A stretch of 63,981 nt of DNA, the filler included, from Octopus bimaculoides (Eukaryota): NCBI RefSeq assembly GCF_001194135.2. It is 8 parts of 8 records of this genome, joined end to end, with 100 filler letters (N's around TTAATTAATTAA, not from the genome) between each part and the next. Parts side by side here need not be neighbours in the genome. Positions count along the whole stretch, not along the records: positions 39,655 to 46,736 come from NC_068997.1; positions 46,837 to 60,283 come from NC_069007.1; 6 more parts are not named here. One strand, given 5' to 3'. Position numbers and translations under genes: made by a program. The first letter of the stretch is position 1. The number at the start of each line of letters is the position of its first letter. Below the pieces are notes generated by a model that worked only from the letters and a program-made list of their open reading frames with translations, was not told the origin of the DNA and did not search any database. Positions 41,435 through 52,496 of this stretch are shown one piece after another.

Positions 41435-41584
41435 CAGTCAATGCTCCTGAAGACAAAGCCTTTATACAATGGCCAACAGTGGAAACCCCACCATCTGCAA
41501 ACACAGGTATACCAAAGCGTCGAGCATATTCAGCAACTTTATATACAGCTGTCCTTTGAGGACGACCAACAATAAAATAGCAAG
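41435..41584 (-). pseudogene. IMPDH: Solitary IMP dehydrogenase exon (probable duplicated fragment): [50 protein letters not shown]
   Basis: Unmistakable IMPDH GRPQxTAVYKVxEYARRFGxPVxADGG motif. tcacag acceptor and ACTG|gtaagc donor, phase 1-1, 150 nt. No neighbouring IMPDH exons were found, and several usually conserved residues look substituted. Confidence 0.8.
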
Positions 41585-44257
41585 CTGTGAAACAAGTGAT
41601 GTGCTGTACCACGTTTTTCACAACACTTAGCTCTCTACTGTTCGGTATCTCATAACGGCTGGCTTTCTACTATTTGGTTTCCCCATAGCAACTGTGTGCC
41701 ATGTTCAGTTATAAGCTTTTCACTTATTTAAACTAAAAGCTCAAATACGAATAACTATTACCGATAACGACTACATGAGTCAATGAAGGAACTTCAACAC
41801 AATTGCTCAACCTGCTAAAAATAGCAGCAAAATCTTTTTTTACAGTATTCAGTTTTTAGAATAAAGACACATTGGATAATGTAGTCTTAGATACACTATC
41901 TCAATAAAAGATAAAATGGTCAAGGCTGGACCACCTTTGATCAGAGGTCTGTTTGCTCAATAAGGATGCCCAGTGGCAAAACTATTTGCATACTATACAG
42001 ATAGCTTGACTAGCTAGATATAGTAGCCTCATATCACATCCTTACCATTTTAAAAATGGGATAAAATGCATTGGATTAAATTAATCAATGGCAGGTTAAC
42101 TGTTTCTGTATCAATACTATACTATACCTCAGAATATATCAATAGCTTTTAGGTAATAGTGTGAGTACTAGACAGGTGAAAGCACTGTCTTTCTAACTGG
42201 TATCTTCATGGACAGAAAAAAAAAGCGGTATTGGTTAGATTAGTTTCAATTCTGTATTTAAATTTTATCAATGATCAAGTATCCTCTTTAACCACTCACA
42301 AAGACACTAATTGTAGGCCCACAATTGGTAAGACTTTAGTAAACTGGACAGACTGATTTGCATAAATAACAGTGAAACAAGGAACTCTGTTATAGAAATC
42401 TGTACTTTGATGAAATTCCAAAATAAGGTTGAAACTAGTTTGGTCAATCCTTTTCCCCACAAATGTATTGCATATAAAGAAAAGTAATGATAATGAGCTT
42501 ATTGTATACAGTGTCTATGTACAACTAATCAGTAAAAGGTGAAAGAAGGGACAGAAAACAGTCATAAATCAATTAAAAAAAAGCTATAAGTACATGCACG
42601 GTAAAAAAAGAATCCCCCAAAATTCCCAAGAAAATGAGCAGCAGAAAACCTATAAAAATGAAGGGCCGTGTAAGCACATCAGGAGTAGTGTTGACAAATT
42701 TTGGGAAGTATGGAATTTTTAGAGGATTCAATGTCCTGACAGTTAATAACTGCTGTGAAGAGTTTATTCCATACTTCAATAAACCTGAGCATGTTTGTTG
42801 GCACTCCGTCGCTTACAACGTCGAGGGTTCCAGTTGATCCGATGAACGGAACAGCCTGCTCGTGAAATTAATGTGCAAGTGGCTGAGCACTCCACAGACA
42901 CATGTACCCTTAACGTAGTTCTCGGAGATATTCAGCGTGACACAGTGTGACAAGGCTGACCCTTTGAATTACAGGCAAAACAGAAACAGAAAGTAAGAGT
43001 GAGAGAAAGTTGTGGTGGAAGAGTTCGCCACCATCTCCTGACGGAGCCTCATGGAGCTTTAGGTGTTTTCGCTCAATAAACACTCACAACGCCCGGTCTG
43101 GGAATCGAAACCACGATCCTATGACCGCGAGTCCGCTGCCCTAACCACTGGGCCACTGCGCCTCCACCTGAGCATGTTTATATGTCTATTAAATATAGTG
43201 TAAACTAAAATCTATAGATGTATTTCTGTAGAGCACTGCATCCCTTAAACAAAATACTAAGTGTGCTAGTGATTAATTAATTGAACTTAATTGCCAAGAA
43301 TGCATTATAATATACAAATCAGACTAATTTACTTAAGCCCTTATTGGTTGATTTGTAGTCAGTGTATATGTGGACTGTTGAGGAAGGTATGTGATTAGTG
43401 ATGAAATTCACTACAGGTTGTTTGATAAGTCTGCTTCCTAACCACAAGGTTCTGGGTTCAATCCTACAGCATAGCACCTTGGGCAAGTGTCTTCTACTAC
43501 AGCCTCAGGCTGACCAAAGCTTTGTGAGTGGATTTGGTAGATGAAAAACTGAAGGAAGACTGTCATGTGTGTGTGTGTGTGTTTGTATTTGTTTCCACCT
43601 CCCACTGCTTGACAAACCAGTGTTGGTGTTTATGTCCCTGTAACTTGGCAGTTCAGCAAAAGAGACCAAAAGAATATGTCCCAGATTGTACAAAAAATAA
43701 TAAGCACCGAAGTCGATTTATTTGAGTAAAATTCTTCAAGGGTGTGCATCAGCATGACTGAAACAAGTAAAAGATAGGATTGGAACTTGTCTGAGTGATT
43801 CCTCCTTTTCTATCCACAAAGATTTTGTAAATGAAGACAAGGTATTTACTGCTGTCTATTACATACAGTGTTTCCTACAATCTATAGATATATTCTAATT
43901 ACAGTATAACATTGGATAATGTAGTCCTATAAAGAAGTGTTTGTAAAAAGATGTGATGGTTATGGTTTGAATGCTCTTCATCATGGACCTTTATGTAGTT
44001 ACTTAACCTACTAGAAATGGCAGCCTTCAAATTGCTTTAAAAAGTAAAAAAAAAAAATCATGCCTGTATAAATAATGCAGCGTGCGTGCGTGTGTGCGCG
44101 CATACATGTGATCAGTCAATATTTTCTTCAAATTTAATTTCTCTCTAGTAAGAAAAAAAAAAAAGCTAACAAAGTCTTTGATTGTTTTTCTGGTGAAGTT
44201 AGTATTAGAAGAATCTGGAATGAGGTAAAAAAAAAAAGTAATGAAAGAATCCTTTAC

Positions 44258-44297
44258 CTTATGCATTTCGACATGGTGGAGGTCTTCATGTTTCTCA
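44258..44297 (-). CDS. DNPEP: Aspartyl aminopeptidase short exon: (G)EKHEDLHHVEMHK
   Basis: ttttag|T ... AAG|gtaaag, 40 nt, phase 2-0. Bridges the flanking exons in frame and corresponds to the xKHExxHxxxxHK segment. Confidence 0.88.
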
Positions 44298-44593
44298 CTA
44301 AAATCAATGAAGAAAAATAATAATAATAATAATCCTTTCTACTATAGGCACAAGCCTTAGTTCTATGATACAAACACCCAGTTTAAAAATGATCTAATTT
44401 AAAAACTTCAATCAAAATTTCATGTTAATTTCTATTCCAAACACCAGCTTAAAAATGACAAAGCTATTTTACTAAATTCTTCATTATTTTCAAAATTAGT
44501 TGAAATGAAGACAATATGTTTCAGCAGAAATATGGTAAAGAAAGGGTTAAAAAAGATAAAAATTAGATAAATAAAAATGATGAATATTTTTAC

Positions 44594-44748
44594 CCATAGT
44601 TTGGATGAACAGCATGAGCTTGATCAGCACTGAGATGATATGACTTTGGTATAGCCTCTTCAAAAGCCAACGCAGTTCCCTGACAGATTCTTCTCATGAC
44701 CAGCTCTGTGAGTAAAGAAGCTGCTCCTTGTGCACTGTCTGAGCCAAC
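44594..44748 (-). CDS. DNPEP: Aspartyl aminopeptidase exon: [51 protein letters not shown](G)
   Basis: catag|GTT ... GG|gtaaaa, 155 nt, phase 0-2. Contains the M18 motifs VGSxSAQGA and [12 protein letters not shown]. Confidence 0.95.
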
Positions 44749-44799
44749 CTATGAATGAAAATTAAACAACATTAGAATACTCATGTTCTTTATCTAAAT

Positions 44800-45058
44800 C
44801 AGTTCTCAACCATTTTTTGCCTATGGACTCCTTTGATTCCTATTTAACTCAGATAGACCCTCATAGCCATTCGATATTTAAAAATCCTATTATATTTTTA
44901 TACTTAAATATTATTAGGAATTTTTAAAATATTGTTAAAATTATTAAAATATTTTGTGTATTGTAGAAGCATAACCAATTTATTGTGTATAAATTTTAAC
45001 AACAAAATCTTATATGGACCCACCAAGGGTCATATGGACCCCATGAGTGAAACACTGA
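44800..45058. mobile_element. hAT-type MITE, second copy (DNPEP intron)
   Basis: Reverse-orientation similarity to 17841-18066, followed by ATTTAAAC. Confidence 0.65.
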
Positions 45059-45429
45059 TTTAAACAGCTAAGAGCCAACCACTAGATATAACAGACCTTT
45101 ATCCACCCCAGTCAAAAAAAAGGATGTCTAAGTGAGTATTCAATCTGGTTGAAATATCAATGAAATTGCATTCAAATTCAAATCATGCTATTCTTTAAAA
45201 AAACAACAACAACAACAACAACAACAACACAATGGTCAAAATAATTCTAAATATACACTGTTTGAAAAAGATTAAAAAAAGACCGGTTAGAGCTGTGAAA
45301 TACTTTGTTCATAGGTTTAATCAAAGGAAGCTGACCAGGGACTAAAACAATAAAAAATTCCCTCCCAGGTGCAATGATACGAGAAGCTGACTAAAAATAG
45401 TGGTGTAATAATAAACTAATGGTACTTAC

Positions 45430-45510
45430 TTCTTCATTATCGTAGAGTGCAATCATACGAATATTTTTTTCTTTTGCTAAGCTGTTCTCTTGGCAGGATG
45501 CAATGAGGGC
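45430..45510 (-). CDS. DNPEP: Aspartyl aminopeptidase exon: ALIASCQENSLAKEKNIRMIALYDNEE
   Basis: ttgtag|GCC ... GAA|gtaagt, 81 nt, phase 0-0. Contains the M18-family DNEE motif. Confidence 0.93.
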
Positions 45511-45516
45511 CTACAA

Positions 45517-45555
<39 letters not shown>

Positions 45556-46916
45556 AAGGTTAGAAATGATTATGATTTTCCAACACATCTTGTCAGCCAA
45601 TCAAAATTGACTGTGTACTAATATTTATATAAACTGATAGATGTTTAAAATTTATTTTATATTACATTATACAGTTTGCCCTTAATTTCTTCAGTTTCAC
45701 CATTATCATTTTAACATCCACATTTCCATGCTTGCAAGGGTCAAACAATTTGTTGAGGCAGATTTTCTACAGCCAGATACCCTTCCTGTCTCCAAACTTT
45801 ACCTGTTTCCAAGTAAGGTAATACTGATTTCAAATTTTGGCACAAGGCCAGCAATTTTGGGAGCAGGGTTAAGGCAATTACATCGACTCCAGTTCTCAGC
45901 TGGTATTCATTTTATTGACCCCGAAAGGATGAAAGGCAAAGTCGACTTTGGCAGAATTTGAACTCAGAACATAAAGACATACAAGACGCTGCTAAACATT
46001 TCGCCTGGCATGCTAACGATTCTGACATCTCACCACCTTTCCAAGCAAGATAATATTACTCCATGACTAGATATGTTTTCATGAAAGAATGGAAACAAGT
46101 AACACTGCTTGTATAACAGAGATATTCATTTACAGCAAACCATACAATATCAAAACAAAGCAGCACAAACAAACACACACACACATATATATACATACAA
46201 TGGACTTCTTTCAGTTTCCATCCAGAAGGCATTAGTTAGCCTGGCACTATGGTACAAGACACTCTACTCAAGGTACCAAAGACAAATTGCAATGAAACTC
46301 CATAATGGAAGTGGTATACCTACAATATCATCATAATAGTAACTCGCTCTTTCCCTCTCTCTCTGTAATAATGTAACGCTCACACAATGGAGTTTGGATC
46401 ACATAATGATTTGCAGAAATTTCATTTGTTGATTGAATTGACTCAGTATTTATTAGTGGCATATCTTTTATTCCTTTCTACTCTAGGCACAAAGCCTGAA
46501 GTTTTTTGGGAGGGGGGGGGCAGTCGATTATATCGACCCCAGTGTGTAACTGGTACTTATTTAATCGACCCTGAAAGGATGAAAGGTAAAGTTGATCTCA
46601 GAACGTAGTGGCAGACGAAATACCGCTAAGCATTTTGCCCGGCATGCTACCGATTCTGCCAGCTCACCACCTTCAGACATATGAAATTCTGTTAAGCATT
46701 TTGCCTGGTGTGCTACCGATTCTGCCAGCTCACCACNNNNNNNNNNNNNNNNNNNNNNNNNNNNNNNNNNNNNNNNNNNNTTAATTAATTAANNNNNNNN
46801 NNNNNNNNNNNNNNNNNNNNNNNNNNNNNNNNNNNNGCAATATATAAGTCTTTTTCCAGTGAAGTTATTCACTGATATCGAAAAAGTGAAAACCAGCAAT
46901 GTTAAATCTCTGAACG

Positions 46917-47113
46917 AGGTGTTAACAGTAACTGCACGATAAAGTGAAGTATATTTGCCATTTAAATAGACAGGACACAGATATGTGTCGATAAGCCAGC
47001 TGGAGGAGATGTTCTCCTGGGGCTAAAAGCAACAGTAACATCCACCCTTAGGGGTCAGCCACATTTAAATGGCAAATATACTTCACTTTATCGTGCAGTT
47101 ACTGTTAACACCT
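46917..47113. repeat. Perfect 51-bp inverted repeat with 95-bp spacer
   Basis: 46917-46967 is the exact reverse complement of 47063-47113. Confidence 0.95.
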
Positions 47114-47532
47114 AGTTGGCGTGCTAACGATTCTGCCAGCTCGCTGCTTTAATATAATAATATGATATAATATAATAAATGTGAACGTCAGTGTGTCACA
47201 CTTTTTCAGCTTTACTCCCAGAGGCCATAGCCCAACATATCATACCATTTTGGAATCAGGTTGACTCCGTGAGTAAATTTAAAATATTCTGGACAGAATC
47301 TTGTCCTGAATCCTGAAATTTTGGATTCCTATGTTTTCATTACTGCAATTGTTGACAATATACAACAATTCCTCCTTCAAACCACTATGAGCTAATGCTT
47401 TGCTATATTAAATTGAGTGCTCCTTAAATATCTGCACGTTCACTAATGCCTTAGATTAAACTTAACGAGATATTTGTATCCGCTACTAATTGCTGGTCTA
47501 GCTAATCTGTAAAATATTTTGATATTATTCAG

Positions 47533-47646
47533 CTGAAAAGTGTTTCTATAAGGGTTCGATGCACGATGTTGGGTTAGTATCTGAAGATTCAACTTCACGA
47601 TGCGAATGCTACGCAAATGGAACTGTTATATGCTTTTATCCTCCAC
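47533..47646 (+). CDS. Cys-rich module exon A: xEKCFYKGSMHDVGLVSEDSTSRCECYANGTVICFYPPx
   Basis: attcag|CT ... CAC|gtaagt, 114 nt, phase 1-1, no stop. C-x-C-x2-N-G-x3-C-x2-P-P is conserved with two paralogous units downstream. Confidence 0.75.
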
Positions 47647-47986
47647 GTAAGTTTCTTTACTAATCTGTTTTTCTTATATAAACGAAGCTATGCTTATTCT
47701 GTTCTGTGTGACATAACGGATTCATTATCATTGTTATACAGTTTTATTGATTACTATTTATATATGGGATTCTACACATGTAGTTTGCCTTTTCACTTGT
47801 ATTTACTTTGGTTTCATCATTGGGATTTGTTCACTCTTGAATATTCCACCACAGACACCTGCATTCTCTTCAGATTTCATCATTGGTCTCACAACGTCTA
47901 ATCTCATACTCATAAGATGGACAAACAGACAGATATATGGATAAATAGATAAATACTCACACACGCACATACACACTCACACACAT

Positions 47987-48420
47987 CATCTTCATCATCG
48001 TTTAACGTCTGCTTTCCATGCTAGCATGGGTTGGACGATTTGACTGAGGACTGGTGAAACCAGATGGCTGCACCAGGCTCCAATCTGATCTGGCAGAGTT
48101 TCTACAGCTGGATGCCCTTCCTAACGCCAACCACTCCGAGAGTGTAGTGGGTGCTTTTACGTGCCACCGGCACGAAGGCCAGTCAGGCGGTACTGGCAAC
48201 GGCCATGCTCAAATGGTGTATTTTACGTGCCACCTGCACAGGAGCCAGTCCAGTGGCACTGGCAACGACCTCGCTTAAATGTTTTTTTTTTTCGTGCCAC
48301 CAGCACAAGTGCCAGTAAGGCAACGCTGGTAACGATCACGCTCAAATGGTGCTTTTCACGTGCCACCGGCACGGAAGCCAGACAGCTGCTCTGGCAATGA
48401 TCACGCTCGGATGGTGCTGA
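47987..48420 (-). mobile_element. Retroposon family D with (GAT)n tail and internal ~60-bp tandem repeats
   Basis: Shared ...CATGGAAAGCGGACGTTAAACGATGATGATG end. Copies at 1-330(+), 14714-14818(-), 40730-40940(-), 45705-45800(-) and 63282-63442(-). Confidence 0.8.
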
Positions 48421-48702
48421 TGCAGGGTGCAATGGGTGAATTGTCGCCATTTTATATTTTTAATTTCGCACATGCCCATTGTTTTTGATTTTGTTGATTA
48501 CACAATATAGTAGGGTCAGTTGGGTACCGTCTGTGAGAAAAACAACGTTATGACGCAATTCAGTCTGCCAGAAATTTGGAAACGACATGCTGTTCTACTT
48601 GGTATTCATGCCGGTAGCTCTAATATGAACAGATGATGCACACACAGAACAACTGTTGGCTTGCTGTGTCCCCAAAACATGTACCGGGAGTGATTATATA
48701 TA

Positions 48703-49090
48703 CAGGGTGCGAGATGTATTTGAGTTCATATTTGGTAATTAGATAAAACAATTCCAATCTAACGAAAATATACCTAAATAAAAATTCGTTCTTATAAGAT
48801 TATTTTGTGAATTCGCCTGCAGTTTCCATGACTGGCTCAGTGTGGGACCGGAGGCTTGGACATGCTTGTACTAAATTGTCCTTATTTATTTCGCACATAA
48901 CCTGGACAGTGATGGTCTTTCGTTAAAGCTAAGGTGCTGTGAAGAGTTTGATTAGGCTTCCCTTTTACAAAGCTCCAAATGTACCCCGGGGAATTTAAAT
49001 CTGGCGAGTTTGGATAACCTGGTGAGTTTGCATAATCGATTGTGAGAGGATGCAAAATTTTGTTGAAAAACGTATGGCGTTCCACAGTGT
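48703..49090 (-). mobile_element. Tc1/mariner remnant
   Basis: TA|CAGGGTG terminus at 48701-48709. The minus strand gives PNSPDLNSPGYIWSFVKG, resembling the SPDLNPxD motif. Confidence 0.6.
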
Positions 49091-49521
49091 ATTATATGCA
49101 GCTATAGTTTAACAACTGTCTCCAGCAGTGTTAGTCTTAAGATGTTGCAGAAAGCTATCAGGTGGCACGATATGAACTTTTTTTTTATTCAACACACTCA
49201 AAGGTATTGTAGTTACTAGCATCAGTGTGCATTAATCAGTTGACATCAGAAAGATCTGTAAAAAAATCATTTGCCCTTTCTTCTGTTGCGCTGTTGAAGT
49301 CTTTTTCATCAGACAAGAATCAAAGAATTTCTAGTGCTTGTAGATAATATACTACAATTTCTCCTTCAATTTACTACAAGCCAAAGCTTTGTTATAATAA
49401 ACTGAATGATCCTTAAATATCTGCGCGTTCAATTATGCCTTAGATTAATGTTAACAATACATTTGTATCAGCTACTAATTTCTGATCTATCTAATCTATA
49501 AATTATTTTGATATTATTTAG

Positions 49522-49627
49522 CTGGAAAGTGTACCTATAGGGGTTCGTCGTGTTGGATTAATTCCTAATGTATTTTCGCGATGTGAATGCCATGCGAATG
49601 GAATTGTTACATGCCGTCATCCACCAG
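49522..49627 (+). pseudogene. Cys-rich module exon B, frameshifted (106 nt): xGKCTYRGS/.../RCECHANGIVTCRHPP
   Basis: atttag|CT ... CAG|gtaagt. It is 8 nt shorter than exon A, so a TAA falls in the entry frame. The 3' half keeps the CxC..NG...C..PP pattern. Confidence 0.65.
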
Positions 49628-50240
49628 GTAAGTTTATTTATTAAATCTGTATTCCTTATATAAACGAAGCCATGATTATTTTGTTCTGTGTGGCATAACT
49701 GATTTATAATCACTGCTACCCAGTTTTATCAATTGCTATTTATATATGGGCTTCTGCACATTTTCCATCTACCAAAGTCGACTCTACAAACTTTGGACGA
49801 CTCAGATTTTGATCTTCTTACTGTTGTTGTGCACCATATTTTTGATAGTCCACTCCGTCACCTGATAATCTTTCTCGATGACCCTCATTAATTTCCTAGG
49901 ATCATCATAGATAATAATTTGAACACGTATGATGAATTGTGGTGTCCTTTTTGAGTTCCAACATTTAGAATGCTTTTTTTTAGAATGCTTTTTCTTCTCT
50001 TGATAGAATTAAAACATTCTTGCCAGAAGTGTTCCAATTTCATACGAATTATATGTTTCTTGAGTAACGAAAAATGTTTTTGGCTATAACCGTTAAGACA
50101 CCCGTATTATATATTGGATAACACGAAGAAATATAGGTGGGTCTATTCCTCTTAACCCGACGCTTGTAGATAATATCACACAATTCTCCCCTCAATCCGC
50201 TATGAACCAATTCTTTGTTAAAATAAGTCGGATGATTTAA

Positions 50241-50459
50241 CCCTTTAGCATTCAGATTAATTAATCAAATCTAATGCTTATTTATCCACATTCTTAAAAA
50301 TAATTACATATTATCTTGTAGCTTCAAGATTTTGAAGATGTAATCATTTATTTTTAGAATAACATGGTATGGTAGGTGAAAGAGGCTGGATCTGGCCAGT
50401 TTGAACATAAAACAGGTAGAACATTTGAGCGAGATATGGCTGGCTTAAATGCTAAAGGA
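50241..50459. mobile_element. piggyBac-type MITE
   Basis: TTAA|CCCTTTAGCATT ... AATGCTAAAGGA|TTAA. Confidence 0.75.
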
Positions 50460-50791
50460 TTAATCTGCATGTTCAGGAACGTTTTAGAATAATCTCAACA
50501 AGACATTTGCATTAGCTACTACTTTCTGATCTCTGTAAATTATATAATATTTTAATATTATTCAACTGAGAAGGCAGCAAGCTAGCAGAATCGTTAGCTT
50601 GATGAGCAAAACGCTTAGTGGCATTTCGTCTGTCTTTACATTCTAAGTTCAAATTCTGCCAAGTTGGACTATCATCCTTTTAGGGTCGCTAAAATAAGAA
50701 CCAGTTGAGCACTGGGGTAGATCGAATCGACTAGACCCCCCCCCCCCGAACTTACTGGACTGCACCAAAATTTGAAATCAATATTTTTCAG

Positions 50792-50905
50792 TTGCCGACT
50801 GTTGTTTTAACTATTTAAGATACGAGGACGGAACAAAGTTCCCTCATGAATTATACTCCTGCATTTGCTATACGAATGGAGATTTTATATGCCATTTTCC
50901 ACCAG
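50792..50905 (+). CDS. Cys-rich module exon C: xADCCFNYLRYEDGTKFPHELYSCICYTNGDFICHFPPx
   Basis: ttttcag|TT ... CAG|gtaagt, 114 nt (same as exon A), phase 1-1, open frame with conserved Cys spacing. Confidence 0.75.
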
Positions 50906-51401
50906 GTAAGTTTGTTTATTAAATCTGTTTTTATTACATAAACGAAGTTGTGATTATCCTATTCTGTGTAGCATAACAGATTCATTGTCACTAATACATA
51001 ACTTTATCAATTCCCATTTATATACGAGTGTCAACCCATCCCCCATCTGTCAAAATCGTTCAAAATTTTAGGAGTGGGAGGTGAGTGGTAATTCTTTTTT
51101 TTTTTGCATATTCGTAATCTCCGACATCTTAAACGTAGGAATCCCGCCAATTTTTTTTTTTATGCATTTTTCAAGGAGAGGTGCACAACTGCATTAGTCC
51201 CTTGGTGAGCTTGACCGTAATGGATATATAATATTATACACTTTGATTAGTAGACCCACTCTACTGACAGATATACAAGCACATTTTTTCCTCACTTATG
51301 GACACACACACACACACACACGAACAAAGAAACAAATTTACATACTACAAACACATTTCTAAACTTAGGCATGCATACAGATGCACATGCATATCTATGT
51401 G

Positions 51402-51473
<72 letters not shown>

Positions 51474-51732
51474 NNNNNNNNNNNNNNNNNNNNNNNNNNN
51501 NNNNNNNNNNNNNNNNNNNNNNNNNNNNNNNNNNNNNNNNNNNNNNNNNNNNNNNNNNNNNNNNNNNNNNNNNNNNNNNNNNNNNNNNNNNNNNNNNNNN
51601 NNNNNNNNNNNNNNNNNNNNNNNNNNNNNNNNNNNNNNNNNNNNNNNNNNNNNNNNNNNNNNNNNNNNNNNNNNNNNNNNNNNNNNNNNNNNNNNNNNNN
51701 NNNNNNNNNNNNNNNNNNNNNNNNNNNNNNNC

Positions 51733-51990
51733 CTCTGTTGTCTCAAATCTTCTCCCTTTGAGTGTATTTTTTTTTTGAGCTTTGGGAATAGCCAAAAGTC
51801 TCACGGAGCTAAGTCTGGGGAGCAGGACGCCTGACGAACAAGTGGTGTGTTTTGCTTCACTAGGAATGCTTGGACGACGTGGGCGGAATGGGCGGGGGCG
51901 TTGTCATAGTGGATTTGCCAGTTCTTTGCTGCCGACAGGTCGGGTCATTTTCACCGCAGTTTCACGAAGGCTACAAAAATACCCCTGGTA
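51733..51990 (-). mobile_element. Mariner transposase C-terminal remnant
   Basis: Degraded HDNAPxH / SPDLAP region followed by LKGRRFET, truncated by a gap. Confidence 0.65.
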
Positions 51991-52496
51991 GTATTTTTTT
52001 TTTTAATTTTCTGGTATATAAGCATATTTAAAGACACCCAAGCACACAAAACACACATATATACATGCACATACATCCATTAATGCTCACTAAGTATATG
52101 TACACTTATGTATAGTCATATAGCTCCATATTATTATATATATACATATGTTTTCTAAGTCTTAAGTTTACATGCCTGTATTAATTAAAACTTTTTATTG
52201 CAGATTGATTCTATTGCAAAAAACGATCCCCATTGCTTCTGTCATACATTGTAAGTCATTTTATTACCATTATAAGTCTAGACTTTGCTAAACCTTTTCA
52301 TTGGATGTCATAAAAGTTGTTTCTATCCTTCAGGCTCTAGATATACACCAAAACTTTCAATTGATTGGCTGTTCCAACTATATAAGATTTAGTATTAATG
52401 ACGGTGATCAATATACATTCATAAATTACATCGTTAATTAGGTATTTATCCTTCTAGAGCGATTATTCCTATCAACATTAATAGAATTTGCACCAT

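Noticed and set aside
47210-47268. Exon-like segment xLLPEAIAQHIIPFWNQVDS as a signal-peptide exon for the Cys-module gene
   Set aside because: It ends in phase 0 while exon A starts in phase 1, so it cannot join directly. There is no other support.
47617-47646. MELLYAFILH / MELLHAVIHQ / MEILYAIFHQ as three alternative ATG first exons
   Set aside because: The overlapping frame conserves the Cys pattern, starts at proper AG acceptors and gives equal exon lengths, which explains the data better. The ATG comes from the conserved AAT-GGA (Asn-Gly) codons.
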